Position numbers and translations under genes: made by a program
Assembly (NCBI GenBank): GCA_944381055.1
Contig: CALWJQ010000014.1
Span: forward strand, 8,537 to 72,536
Length of the DNA stretch: 64,000 nt
Reading direction: 5' to 3'
From: an uncultured Clostridia bacterium
GTDB taxonomy: Bacteria; Bacillota; Clostridia; Oscillospirales; Butyricicoccaceae
Notes under the pieces: model-generated
The model's database searches: none
Told to the model about the DNA's origin: nothing
The model's input: only the letters and a program-made list of their open reading frames with translations
Shown: one piece after another, positions 18,412 through 27,540 of the stretch
How positions within the stretch are numbered: position 1 is the first letter of the stretch
How the letters are laid out: every line of letters begins with the position of its first letter

Positions 18412-19401
18412 TTAGTCGAGCAGATGACAGCTGGCCGTATGGCCCTCTTCCACTGTCTTTACTTCCGGATACTGCTGAAAGCAGCGCTCGCAGGCCATGT
18501 GGCAGCGCGGAGCAAAATAGCATCCCGGTCCGGGATTGATTGGCGTCGGCGGCTCGCCGCTGATCGCAATCGGAGTGGTTTTTTTGTCAAAATCCAGAGA
18601 CGGGAAATTCGATATTAAGACCTGTGTGTACGGATGCCGGGGGCTTTTAATCACCTGCTCCGCCTGCCCCATTTCGACGATGCGCCCCAAATACATGACT
18701 GCGACACGGTCGGCGACATAATTGGTAACCGCAATGTCATGGCTGATAAATACCATCGCCATATGATACTCATGCACCAGACTCATCAAAATGTTGAGCA
18801 GATCCGCACGCACTGAAACGTCCAACATGGAAACCGGTTCGTCCGCAATGACGAGCAGCGGGTTTAACAGCATGCTGCGCAGCACTGAGATTCGCTGCAG
18901 CTGACCGCCGGACAATTCATGCGGCCAGCGCGACAGATAGTCTTCAGCCGGGGTGATTCCCAGTTTTTCCAGCCCGTCACAGATAATCTGGCGCCGGTTT
19001 TCCACACTGTCGCCGATATTGTGGATGATCAGCGGCTGCATCAGGATATTTTCAATATCGTGCCGCGGATCAAAGGTCTCGAACGGGTTTTGAAACACGA
19101 TCTGGACTTTGCGCCGGAAAGCCCGTATATCCCGCTTGCCGATGCTGGCATAATCCTGGCCGTCCAGCTCCAAATGCCCGTCAAAAGGCCGTTCCAGCAT
19201 GGCGAGCATGCGTCCCAGCGTTGATTTTCCGCAGCCCGACTCGCCGATGATCCCCAGCACTTCCCCGTGGCGCAGCGTCAGGCTGACATCGTCGACCGCT
19301 TTAACCCATTGTTTTGGCTTTTGCGTAAACAGCTGCGTCAGGTTCCGTTTTTGACTATACCACTGCCGTGCATTTTCCACCTTGAGCAATACGTTTTCCA
19401 T
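18412..19401 (-). CDS. peptide ABC transporter ATP-binding protein (OppF/DppF type)
   Basis: 329 aa. Walker A GESGCGKST, LSGGQLQR, and an oligopeptide-type C-terminal extension (PRHPYTQVL). Confidence 0.9.
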   Translation of the reverse strand: MENVLLKVENARQWYSQKRNLTQLFTQKPKQWVKAVDDVSLTLRHGEVLGIIGESGCGKSTLGRMLAMLERPFDGHLELDGQDYASIGKRDIRAFRRKVQIVFQNPFETFDPRHDIENILMQPLIIHNIGDSVENRRQIICDGLEKLGITPAEDYLSRWPHELSGGQLQRISVLRSMLLNPLLVIADEPVSMLDVSVRADLLNILMSLVHEYHMAMVFISHDIAVTNYVADRVAVMYLGRIVEMGQAEQVIKSPRHPYTQVLISNFPSLDFDKKTTPIAISGEPPTPINPGPGCYFAPRCHMACERCFQQYPEVKTVEEGHTASCHLLD

Positions 19402-19402
19402 A

Positions 19403-20371
19403 TCAGTCCCTCCCCCAGAAGTGACAGGCTACCGTATGCTGCGTAGCCGCTTCCTGTGGCTGAGGCCGCTGCTTGCGACATTTTTCCTGCGCTTTCGGGC
19501 AGCGCGGGGCAAAGATGCAGCCCGGTACTTCTTCTTTGAGATCAGGCAGCGTGCCCGGAATCCCCCGAATCATTTTTTTGCCGCTTTCGAGCGTCGGGAA
19601 CGACGAAATCAGCCCCTGTGTGTACGGGTGCAGCGGTTCTTCGATAACCGACCGGACAGGGCCTGTTTCCATAATGTATCCGGCGTACATGACGGCGACA
19701 CGGTTGCACGTCTCCGCTACGACGGAAATATCATGTGTAATCAGCAGGCTGGACACGTGGAAGTCGTGCTGCAGCCGCTTGATCTCGCCAATGACCTGGC
19801 CCTGCGTTACAACGTCAAGAGCCGTTGTCGCCTCATCAAAGACAACGATTTTCGGGTCAAAAATCAAACTGAGCGCTATACAGATACGCTGCAGCATTCC
19901 CCCGGACAGCTGATGCTGATACATCCCCAGCACGCGATCGGTCAAATTGACGACGCCCAGCAGGCGGGTGATGGCTCCATCCGATTCCGCCCGCGAAGAT
20001 CCCGGCCGATGCACCTTGTAAATATCATGAATCTGTTCGCCGATTTTATAGACCGGGCTGAAGCTGTTCATGGACTTTTGAAAAACCACAGAAATTTCCC
20101 GCCAGCGGATGCTCCGCATCTCTTTTTCCGGCAGGCCGATCAGGTTTTTCCCGTTGAAAACAGCCTGGCCGCGCACCTCTGCGTTATCGGCCAGCAAATC
20201 CAGGATTCCCATGGCCAGCGTGCTCTTCCCAGAGCCGGATTCACCGACAATCCCCAGCGCGTCTGACTCAAAAAGATCCAGATTTATATCATTGGCCGCG
20301 CGGACCATACCGGACGGCGTGCGATACCCAATATTGACATCGCGCAGGCTGAGCAATGGATTTTGTGTCAT
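19403..20371 (-). CDS. peptide ABC transporter ATP-binding protein (OppD/DppD type)
   Basis: 322 aa. Walker A GESGSGKST, LSGGMLQR, and a C-terminal PLHPYTQGL motif. Confidence 0.9.
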   Translation of the reverse strand: MTQNPLLSLRDVNIGYRTPSGMVRAANDINLDLFESDALGIVGESGSGKSTLAMGILDLLADNAEVRGQAVFNGKNLIGLPEKEMRSIRWREISVVFQKSMNSFSPVYKIGEQIHDIYKVHRPGSSRAESDGAITRLLGVVNLTDRVLGMYQHQLSGGMLQRICIALSLIFDPKIVVFDEATTALDVVTQGQVIGEIKRLQHDFHVSSLLITHDISVVAETCNRVAVMYAGYIMETGPVRSVIEEPLHPYTQGLISSFPTLESGKKMIRGIPGTLPDLKEEVPGCIFAPRCPKAQEKCRKQRPQPQEAATQHTVACHFWGRD

Positions 20372-20384
20372 TTCTGCCGCCTCC

Positions 20385-21248
20385 TTATTGTCTGAGCCTG
20401 GGATTTAAGACATTATTAAGCCCGTCGCCAATCATGTAAAACGTTGCCACTGTGATGATAATTGCAATGCCCGGGAACGTGGCAACCCACCAAGCCGAGG
20501 TCATGACATTGCGCCCGTTGAAAATCATCTGCCCCCAGCTGATTGCATTCGGATCCCCCAACCCGAGAAAGCTTAAGCTGGCTTCCGTCAAAATGGCCGT
20601 TGCGATCTGCATGGTGGTGTTTGAGATGATCGGGAAAATGCCGTTGGGGATGACGCACGAGAACAGGATTTTCCGTTCAGACATTCCCACCGCCCGCGCG
20701 CCTTTGACAAAAGTCCGCTCGCGAAGCGACATTGCCTGGCTGCGCATAACGCGCGCGTTGCCCGGCCAGCTGGTGAAGCCTATGACCAGCATAACGTGGA
20801 AAATGCTGCTGCCGAAAATGGCCACCACCAGAATAATCAGGAAGAAGGTCGGGACCATCAGAAAGATATCGATGATCTGCGATAAAATACGGTCGATCTT
20901 TCCGCCGTAATACCCCGCAAAGGCGCCGACCAAAGTGCCCGTCATGCCGGAAATGGCCGCCGCCACTACACCGATCATCAGTGAAATCCGGGTTCCGTAC
21001 ACAATTCTTGAAAACATGTCCCGCCCCAGGTGATCGGTTCCCAGCCAATAGTCCCCGCTGGGCGGCAGCTGCGCCACGTCAATGAATTCTGTGGGCGAAA
21101 AAGGCGCTATCACGTCAGCCAGCAATGCGACCATCAGGATAAACACCAGCATACACAGCCCGACCATGGCGCGGCTGTTGTGCGTATAGTTGTGCACAAA
21201 TTCCCTGAGCTTCCGCCAGTCTTTCACTTTGGTTTTTTCCATATCCAC
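20385..21248 (-). CDS. peptide ABC transporter permease (OppC/DppC type)
   Basis: 287 aa polytopic membrane protein with an EAA-loop region (ARAVGMSERKILFSCVIPN). Confidence 0.9.
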   Translation of the reverse strand: MDMEKTKVKDWRKLREFVHNYTHNSRAMVGLCMLVFILMVALLADVIAPFSPTEFIDVAQLPPSGDYWLGTDHLGRDMFSRIVYGTRISLMIGVVAAAISGMTGTLVGAFAGYYGGKIDRILSQIIDIFLMVPTFFLIILVVAIFGSSIFHVMLVIGFTSWPGNARVMRSQAMSLRERTFVKGARAVGMSERKILFSCVIPNGIFPIISNTTMQIATAILTEASLSFLGLGDPNAISWGQMIFNGRNVMTSAWWVATFPGIAIIITVATFYMIGDGLNNVLNPRLRQ

Positions 21249-21254
21249 CCCTCC

Positions 21255-22220
21255 TCAGCTGAGCCGAATCCGCGGATCGGCCACTGCATAAATCAGGTCG
21301 ACAAGGATCATCCACACAGCTACTGATATGGACAAGATTAAATAATTGCCCATCAGCATCGGGTAATCCCGGGTTTGAATCGCCGAGAGTACCAATGTAC
21401 CCATGCCCGGCCAGGCAAAAACAATCTCTGTTGCCGCCGATCCGCCGATGATATAAGCCAGCCGGATGCCGAATGTCGTGATTGTTGGCAGCATTGCCTC
21501 GCGGAACAGGTATTTCCGATACACTTTCTTCCGATCCATCCCGGCCGCTTTAAACAGGTTGACATAATCGTTTTTAACGACCTGCATCATCGAGGAACGC
21601 CCTATGCGGAAATAGGCCGGCACGCCGACCAGCGCCAACGCGCCTGCCGGCAGAATCAGGTGTTTGGCCACATCCAGCACATGCGCCCACCCGGTATACC
21701 CGGCGCGCGCATCGATCATGCCTGCTGTCGGAAGCCACCCAAGATAAGAAGCAAAAAACAAAATCACGATCAGGCCCAGCCAAAAGGCCGGCATTGAATA
21801 CAAGACGTAAGCGATATAAGAGATAATATTATCCAGCAGCCCACCCGGCTTGCGCGAAGCGACAATGGCCAGCGATGTGCCGATTACGAGCGCAATCACC
21901 GCGCCTGTCAGCGACAGCAGCAGCGTCGGTCCCAGGCGCTCGCTGATAACGTCAAAGACAGGACGGCCGTAAATGATAGATGTACCCATGTCGCCTTTCA
22001 GCAAGTTTTTCAGGTAGGCGAGCAACTGCACAAATATCGGTTTGTCCAGCCCGTATTTGGCTTTGAGAATATCGATTTGTTCTTGTGACGGGTTATCCTG
22101 TCCAGCCAGAATGGTAATGGGGTCGCCCGGTGCCAGACGGATGAGAACAAAGTTGAGTACAAAGACAAACAGTACTGTCAATACTGCCGTCAGGAATCTC
22201 TTCAATAGATATCTGCTCAT
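21255..22220 (-). CDS. peptide ABC transporter permease (OppB/DppB type)
   Basis: 321 aa. N-terminal MSRYLLKRFLTAVLTVLFVFVLNFVLIRLAPGDP is typical of the family. EAA region FKAAGMDRKKVYRKYLFREA. Confidence 0.9.
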   Translation of the reverse strand: MSRYLLKRFLTAVLTVLFVFVLNFVLIRLAPGDPITILAGQDNPSQEQIDILKAKYGLDKPIFVQLLAYLKNLLKGDMGTSIIYGRPVFDVISERLGPTLLLSLTGAVIALVIGTSLAIVASRKPGGLLDNIISYIAYVLYSMPAFWLGLIVILFFASYLGWLPTAGMIDARAGYTGWAHVLDVAKHLILPAGALALVGVPAYFRIGRSSMMQVVKNDYVNLFKAAGMDRKKVYRKYLFREAMLPTITTFGIRLAYIIGGSAATEIVFAWPGMGTLVLSAIQTRDYPMLMGNYLILSISVAVWMILVDLIYAVADPRIRLS

Positions 22221-22235
22221 AGCGCTACCCCCTTA

Positions 22236-22289
22236 AAAACGGCCCCGGATTGCACTCAAGGCGCGTGCCTCTCTGTGTTTCCGGGGCCG
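22236..22289 (-). terminator. intra-operon hairpin (partial terminator/attenuator) after the binding-protein gene
   Basis: GGCCCCGGA (22242..22250) pairs with TCCGGGGCC (22281..22289). The A-run 22236..22240 gives a T-run after the stem on the minus strand. It lies between the binding-protein gene and the first permease gene. Confidence 0.55.
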
Positions 22290-22306
22290 GCCTTTCGGTT
22301 TACCCG

Positions 22307-23974
22307 TTACTGAATCATGGCGGGATCGTTAAAATATGTTAACGCAAAACTGTTGAACGACAGGCCTGCGTCAATGCCTTCACGCGAACGCGGCGTACCC
22401 TCGAGCTTGGAGCTGTAAGCATAGAAAGAGTCAATTTCTATCAGGGGTACAATCGCTAAGTCGTCGTGCAGCATTTTCTGCGCCTCTTTATACATATCGC
22501 CGCGTACGGTCTGATCGGTTTCCTGCACAGCTTCCATCAGCAGCTCGTCGAGCGCGGGGTTGCTGTACGGCCCGCAGATTTTGTTTGCGCCGTCTGTGGC
22601 AAAGCGGCCATACATATTGTGGGGATCCGGGCCCTGAAAACCGTTGCTGATCGTCAGGTCAAAGTTTTCTTCCTCACGGATTCGCGGTGTCCAGGCGCTC
22701 ATTTCCAGTGTGATGATATTGAGTTCAATGCCGACTTCCTTGAGCTGTTCTTTAATGACGGCCGCCATATCGCTGACGCTCTGGCTCTGCCAGTTGACCA
22801 TCTCAAGCGTCATGCGGTAGCCGTTCGAACCGACCGGGTAGCCGGCTTCATCCAGCAGTGCGTTCGCCGCGTCGGGATCATATTCCGGGGTCACGTCGAC
22901 GTCGTTGTACGCCCACGAAATGACCGGCGTATAATATCCCTTGGCCGCCGCGCCGTAGCCCAGGAACACACGGTCGAGAATTTCTTCCTGGTTGATGGCC
23001 ATGGCGATGGCTTCACGCACTTTGATGTCCTGCAGGATCTCGCGGCCGAAATTAAAGCCCATATAGTAGCGCGACGGGCCGGCGTTGGTTCCGGTGGTAA
23101 TGTCCGGATTGGCCTTCAGCGCTTCCGCGTCGCTAAGCGGGGGCGAGCCGATCATGTAGTCCGCTTCGCCATTGAGCAGCGCCTGCTCCGCTGTGTTGAC
23201 GTCCGCGATGAGCTGGACGACCAGCTTGTCTACATATGGACGGCCCAGGAAGTAATCTTCATTGGCTTCCAGTTCGATGCTGACGCCCTGGTTCCAGGCG
23301 ACGAACTTAAACGGGCCCGTACCGATGGGAGCCTGGTTGGCCGGGTTGGTCGTCCAGTCAGTGCCTTCATAGATATGTTTGGGGATAATCTGGCAGGCGT
23401 ACCAGGCCAAAAAGCCCAGCAGCGCAGAGTCGGGGCGCGACAAATGCAGGATGACGGTGTTTTCATCCGGGCATTCAACTTCTTCAATGGCTCCCCACTC
23501 CGCCGCCATGCGGCCATTGTTTTCAAGCACCGCTTCAATCGTGAATTTGACGTCTTCAGAAGTGAACGGCACGCCGTCATGCCATTTTACGCCCTCATGC
23601 AGATAAAACGTATAGGTCAGGCCGTCTTCCGAAATCGTCCATTCTTTCGCAAGATCGGGACAAATTTCATAGTCGTAATTCATTGTGACGAGCTTGTTGA
23701 ACACATTGTGGTTGACGGTAGTGGCCGGGTCGTCGCTCTTCCACACCGGGTTAAAGCTGCCCGGGTTTCCGCTGCTTGAAATGACCACCAGCGTGCCGCC
23801 CTGTAACGGTCCATCTGTCGACGGGGTCTGCTCGGTTCCTTCGTCGTTTGGCTGAGATGTGCTGGGCTGATCCGTGCCCGGATCGTCTGCCGGTTCGTTC
23901 CCGTTGTTCGAACAGCCGGCTAACATCCCTGCAAGCATCAACAGGCTGAGAAGCAATGCCAGGAATCTTTTCAT
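22307..23974 (-). CDS. family-5 peptide/nickel ABC substrate-binding lipoprotein (OppA/DppA type)
   Basis: GAGGTG RBS then ATG 23974 (MKRFLALLLSLLMLAGMLAGCSNN, lipobox LAGC); the track start 24010 is unlikely. Body of about 555 aa, typical of SBP_bac_5. Confidence 0.9.
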   Translation of the reverse strand: MKRFLALLLSLLMLAGMLAGCSNNGNEPADDPGTDQPSTSQPNDEGTEQTPSTDGPLQGGTLVVISSSGNPGSFNPVWKSDDPATTVNHNVFNKLVTMNYDYEICPDLAKEWTISEDGLTYTFYLHEGVKWHDGVPFTSEDVKFTIEAVLENNGRMAAEWGAIEEVECPDENTVILHLSRPDSALLGFLAWYACQIIPKHIYEGTDWTTNPANQAPIGTGPFKFVAWNQGVSIELEANEDYFLGRPYVDKLVVQLIADVNTAEQALLNGEADYMIGSPPLSDAEALKANPDITTGTNAGPSRYYMGFNFGREILQDIKVREAIAMAINQEEILDRVFLGYGAAAKGYYTPVISWAYNDVDVTPEYDPDAANALLDEAGYPVGSNGYRMTLEMVNWQSQSVSDMAAVIKEQLKEVGIELNIITLEMSAWTPRIREEENFDLTISNGFQGPDPHNMYGRFATDGANKICGPYSNPALDELLMEAVQETDQTVRGDMYKEAQKMLHDDLAIVPLIEIDSFYAYSSKLEGTPRSREGIDAGLSFNSFALTYFNDPAMIQ

Positions 23975-24110
23975 TTTGTTCACCTCGTTTTCAAAATAAT
24001 GCCGGTACAATGGCTTTATTATACTGAACCGATATGTTTTCCGCTCTCCGGATTTGTGTCCATCCTGTGTTTTTTATGCATCTTTTTAAACATTCCATTT
24101 CAAGCATATA

Positions 24111-24139
24111 TTGACTTTTTATCAATTTTATTCTAAAAT
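24111..24139 (+). promoter_or_regulatory. sigma-A-type promoter of the second two-component operon
   Basis: TTGACT (24111..24116), a 17-nt spacer, then TAAAAT (24134..24139). It lies 35 nt upstream of ATG 24174. Confidence 0.6.
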
Positions 24140-24156
24140 TCTTATATCAATTTTAT
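24120..24156 (+). promoter_or_regulatory. 12-bp direct repeat TATCAATTTTAT x2 overlapping the promoter (candidate autoregulatory box)
   Basis: Identical 12-mers at 24120..24131 (inside the -35/-10 spacer) and at 24145..24156 (just downstream of the -10). Confidence 0.35.
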
Positions 24157-24173
24157 CTTTGGGGAGAACTCTC

Positions 24174-24842
24174 ATGCCGACCGTGCTCATCGTGGACGAC
24201 GAACAGAAGATACGGGAATTTTTAAGCTTGTTTTTGCGCGCCGAAAAATATACCACCCTTGAGGCCGCCAGCGGCAAAGACGCGCTCGATCTGCTCGAGC
24301 GCGAGCCTGTCGATCTCATTGTTCTCGACATCATGCTTCCCGATATCTCCGGCTTTGAGCTGTGCGGGCAGATCCGGGAGCGTTCTGCCGTACCGATTAT
24401 TTTTTTAAGCGCTTTGTCAAGCGAAGAGTACCAGATCCTTGGGTACCGCACAGAATGTGACGATTACGTCACAAAACCTTTCAGCGCTCCGATTCTGCTC
24501 GCCAAAATCCACCGGATTTTGCAGCGCTGCACCCCTTTGGAAAAAACAGACGATGTCCTTCGCTTTCACGGCATTGTTCTGGAAATGTCCAGCAGGCGTG
24601 TATTGATTGACGGCGTGCCAACGCCGATGACCCCCAAAGAGTTTGAGCTTCTGCAAGCGCTGATGAAAAATAAAGGACGGGTGCTGACCCGTTCTTCACT
24701 GCTGGAATCTATCTGGGGGTATTATTTTACCGGTGATTCGCGGGTCGTCGACAACCATATTAAAAAACTGCGAAGCAAACTGGGGCCTTATGCCTGCAAC
24801 ATTAAAACCGTTGTGTCGGTTGGCTATAAGCTGGAGGAATGA
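24174..24842 (+). CDS. OmpR-family response regulator
   Basis: GGGGAG RBS then ATG 24174 (MPTVLIVDDEQKIREFL); the track start 24111 is unlikely. Receiver domain plus a winged-helix output domain (TPKEFELLQALMKNKGRVLTR). Confidence 0.9.
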   Translation: MPTVLIVDDEQKIREFLSLFLRAEKYTTLEAASGKDALDLLEREPVDLIVLDIMLPDISGFELCGQIRERSAVPIIFLSALSSEEYQILGYRTECDDYVTKPFSAPILLAKIHRILQRCTPLEKTDDVLRFHGIVLEMSSRRVLIDGVPTPMTPKEFELLQALMKNKGRVLTRSSLLESIWGYYFTGDSRVVDNHIKKLRSKLGPYACNIKTVVSVGYKLEE

Positions 24843-26602
24843 TGAAAATACTGAGCCTTCTTCGCCACAATCTTGCCGCGCGCATGTTTGTCAGTATTTT
24901 TGCAGCCTTTTTTGCCGTATGCATTTTTCAGTTCATTGTCTTGGACCGCAACATCGACAAGTTTTACCTTCGGCGGCACCGGGCCGATGCGGGACAGGAT
25001 CTTTTACACACCGCAGAAACCTTTGTCGCCGACGGTTGTTCTAATTCCCGTGCCGTATCCGGCTATGTACAAAAAAACGAAAGCCCTCTCGTCATTTATG
25101 ACGAGCAGGGCACGCTGTATAACACCGATATTTTTAACTGCTGCAATATAATGACTGTACAGACGCTGCGCGGCGACACCCTGCACCTGCTGGCGGACTT
25201 TCTTTTAAATTACAGCGACCACCCTTTCGACGCGCTGCCTTTCGGCGCTTTGCTGCATGTATCCGTTTCCCGCATTGGGAACTCAGATTATTATCAGCTT
25301 GTGGAAATCCAGTCGCCCAACCGCGTTTATCAGATGCCCGGTTTTTCTTTCGGCAGCTCTTCCGAAACGCGCCTTTGCCGGTTTGAAAAATTTTCTGTTT
25401 TCGGGAACGACAGCACGCTCAATTTCCGCAGGCAGCTGCTCCTGGACTTCCTTTTGCCCTCTTTTATCGGCAGCGGCTCCCGCTTTGACGACCCTGCCCC
25501 TTTGGACGGCACTGTCATTGACGACGCCTTTGGAAACGACTATGCGCTGCTGAGCCACAGTGTCCCTGCGTCCGGGCATTCGCTCACCTTTCTCACCATG
25601 CTGCCCGTCGCCGACAGCAGCCTGCTGTTTGACTACCTTTCTGAATATCACATCTATTTATATGCTTTTTTCCTGATCGTTCTCGCCATGCTGACCTGCT
25701 GGTTTTCCCGCAATCTTTCCGCGCCCCTTGTTCACCTAAGCAAAGTTGCTGAACGCATGGCGCTGCTCGACTTCAGCAGCCGGGCCCATGTCCGTTCACC
25801 GGATCAGCTGGGAAAACTATCCGACAGCCTGAACATCCTGTCTGACAACCTGCAAGACGCCATTCAAGCGCTGGAAAGCGTCAATGAGACCATCGATAAA
25901 CGCTTCCAGGAAGAAAATGAGAACGCCGCGCGCATGAAAATCCTGCTGGAAGATATGGCGCATGAATTCAAAACGCCGCTCGGCATCATATCCGGTTTTA
26001 CCGAGCTTATCGAATACGGCCTGTGCGAACAGGAACGCCCCTATTATTTTCATGTCATCAAGACTGAAATCGCAAAGCTTTCTGAATTGGTTGACGACAC
26101 TATCGAAATTTCAAAAATGAATGCCGGCTATTTTATCCCGAACTTTCAACGGGCCGATATTGCCGACACGATTCTTGAAATTGTCGAACGCCTGCAGCCT
26201 GAAATGGAAAAGAACGGATTTTCCCTTTCGCTGGATCTGACCCATGCCGTTGTGTACATTGACAAAAAGCGCATATCGCAGGTGTTTTACAATCTGTTCA
26301 GCAATATCTTTAAATATACAAACGGGGACAAAAATATTTTTCTTTCCGCCTGTATGACCGCTCCGCATGAAATTACCGTGCGCACACAGAATTCCGGCGT
26401 CCTCAGCCAGAGCGAGCTGAACAATATCTTTGACCGTTACCGGCTGGGGGCGGACGCTCCCGACCGCCGGGTGCGCCGTTCGGGCATCGGCCTTGAAATC
26501 GTCCGGCGCATTTTGACGCTGCACGGCAGCCGTTATGGGATTGAGTCAGAAAACGGTCAAATCTGTTTTTATTTTACGCTGCCCATTGTCAGCGACGAGT
26601 AA
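24839..26602 (+). CDS. sensor histidine kinase with large extracytoplasmic domain
   Basis: 587 aa. The start overlaps the regulator stop (ATGATGA). Two TM helices flank a sensor domain of about 230 aa. HAMP-like linker, H-box AHEFKTPL and an HATPase_c domain (GIGLEIV). Confidence 0.9.
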   Translation: MMKILSLLRHNLAARMFVSIFAAFFAVCIFQFIVLDRNIDKFYLRRHRADAGQDLLHTAETFVADGCSNSRAVSGYVQKNESPLVIYDEQGTLYNTDIFNCCNIMTVQTLRGDTLHLLADFLLNYSDHPFDALPFGALLHVSVSRIGNSDYYQLVEIQSPNRVYQMPGFSFGSSSETRLCRFEKFSVFGNDSTLNFRRQLLLDFLLPSFIGSGSRFDDPAPLDGTVIDDAFGNDYALLSHSVPASGHSLTFLTMLPVADSSLLFDYLSEYHIYLYAFFLIVLAMLTCWFSRNLSAPLVHLSKVAERMALLDFSSRAHVRSPDQLGKLSDSLNILSDNLQDAIQALESVNETIDKRFQEENENAARMKILLEDMAHEFKTPLGIISGFTELIEYGLCEQERPYYFHVIKTEIAKLSELVDDTIEISKMNAGYFIPNFQRADIADTILEIVERLQPEMEKNGFSLSLDLTHAVVYIDKKRISQVFYNLFSNIFKYTNGDKNIFLSACMTAPHEITVRTQNSGVLSQSELNNIFDRYRLGADAPDRRVRRSGIGLEIVRRILTLHGSRYGIESENGQICFYFTLPIVSDE

Positions 26603-26668
26603 TGGCGGTACCCATCCCCCATCCTTTCCAGCGGATCCCCCGGGACATTGGCCTGCGCAAAGGCCGAT

Positions 26669-26697
26669 TTGAAATCAGGGATAAAACATGATACAAT
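26669..26697 (+). promoter_or_regulatory. near-consensus sigma-A-type promoter
   Basis: TTGAAA (26669..26674), a 17-nt spacer, then TACAAT (26692..26697). It lies 45 nt upstream of ATG 26743. Confidence 0.6.
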
Positions 26698-26742
26698 AGG
26701 GGAAACACGCGGCCTACGGGCCGGGAACCGGAGGATTTTGCG

Positions 26743-27540
26743 ATGAAAAAACTCATCTGCCTGCTGGCCGCCTGTCTGCTGCTGATGCCTGCGGCCGCAG
26801 CGGATATGTCCGAATACCGGTGCGGCGACGCCGGGCTGACGCTGTCCCTGCCGCAGGGCGACGAATGGGTCATTCTGACCGAAGACGTGCAGGAAGGCGA
26901 TCCGGCCGTCGATTTTTTTGACACCGATGTTGAAACGCTCCGAACTTCTATGGAGCAGAGCGGCATCCGTTTTGAAGCCATCACGCAGGACCGCATGTGC
27001 GAAATCACCATTGTCGTCACACGCGACCGGACGACGCGCCGGACCTTTAACTATGCCGCGGCCGATCGGGACGAGCTCCAGGCACAGGCGCAGGCCTATG
27101 TGGATAAAGATTACAGCAGCGACTCCCCGGGGCTTGATTACACGGCCTGGGAACTGATCCCGTCGGGCGACCTGCTTTATCTGCGCTTTGACGGCGAAGT
27201 TTCGGTCGAGACGTCCAATACCCGCTTTGTCCAGTATGTGACCATCTACAACGGCTGGATGATCAGCCTGTCCCTGCTTTCATTCGACGGCCAGATGCCG
27301 GAAGAATATGAACAGCTGGCCGCCGACATCGCGCACAGCGTGCGTTTTGACGAAGCGCTGACGAAATCGCAGGATCCGCAGCGCTATATCGACATTGCCG
27401 TCGGCGTCGGCGTCGGCGCGCTCGCCATCCTGCTCGTGCTGCGCCTTCGCAGGAAACAGCGCCGGCTGAACGGCGAATCCCCGTCCGGGCAGGATCCCGC
27501 GCTCCCGCCGCGCGGCGATTCCCCGGACGCGCAGCCGTGA
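26743..27540 (+). CDS. hypothetical single-pass membrane-anchored protein with extracytoplasmic domain
   Basis: 265 aa. Signal peptide MKKLICLLAACLLLMPAAAA, an ectodomain of about 190 aa with no motif I recognise, a TM helix IDIAVGVGVGALAILLVL, and a basic/Pro-rich cytoplasmic tail. Confidence 0.7.
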   Translation: MKKLICLLAACLLLMPAAAADMSEYRCGDAGLTLSLPQGDEWVILTEDVQEGDPAVDFFDTDVETLRTSMEQSGIRFEAITQDRMCEITIVVTRDRTTRRTFNYAAADRDELQAQAQAYVDKDYSSDSPGLDYTAWELIPSGDLLYLRFDGEVSVETSNTRFVQYVTIYNGWMISLSLLSFDGQMPEEYEQLAADIAHSVRFDEALTKSQDPQRYIDIAVGVGVGALAILLVLRLRRKQRRLNGESPSGQDPALPPRGDSPDAQP

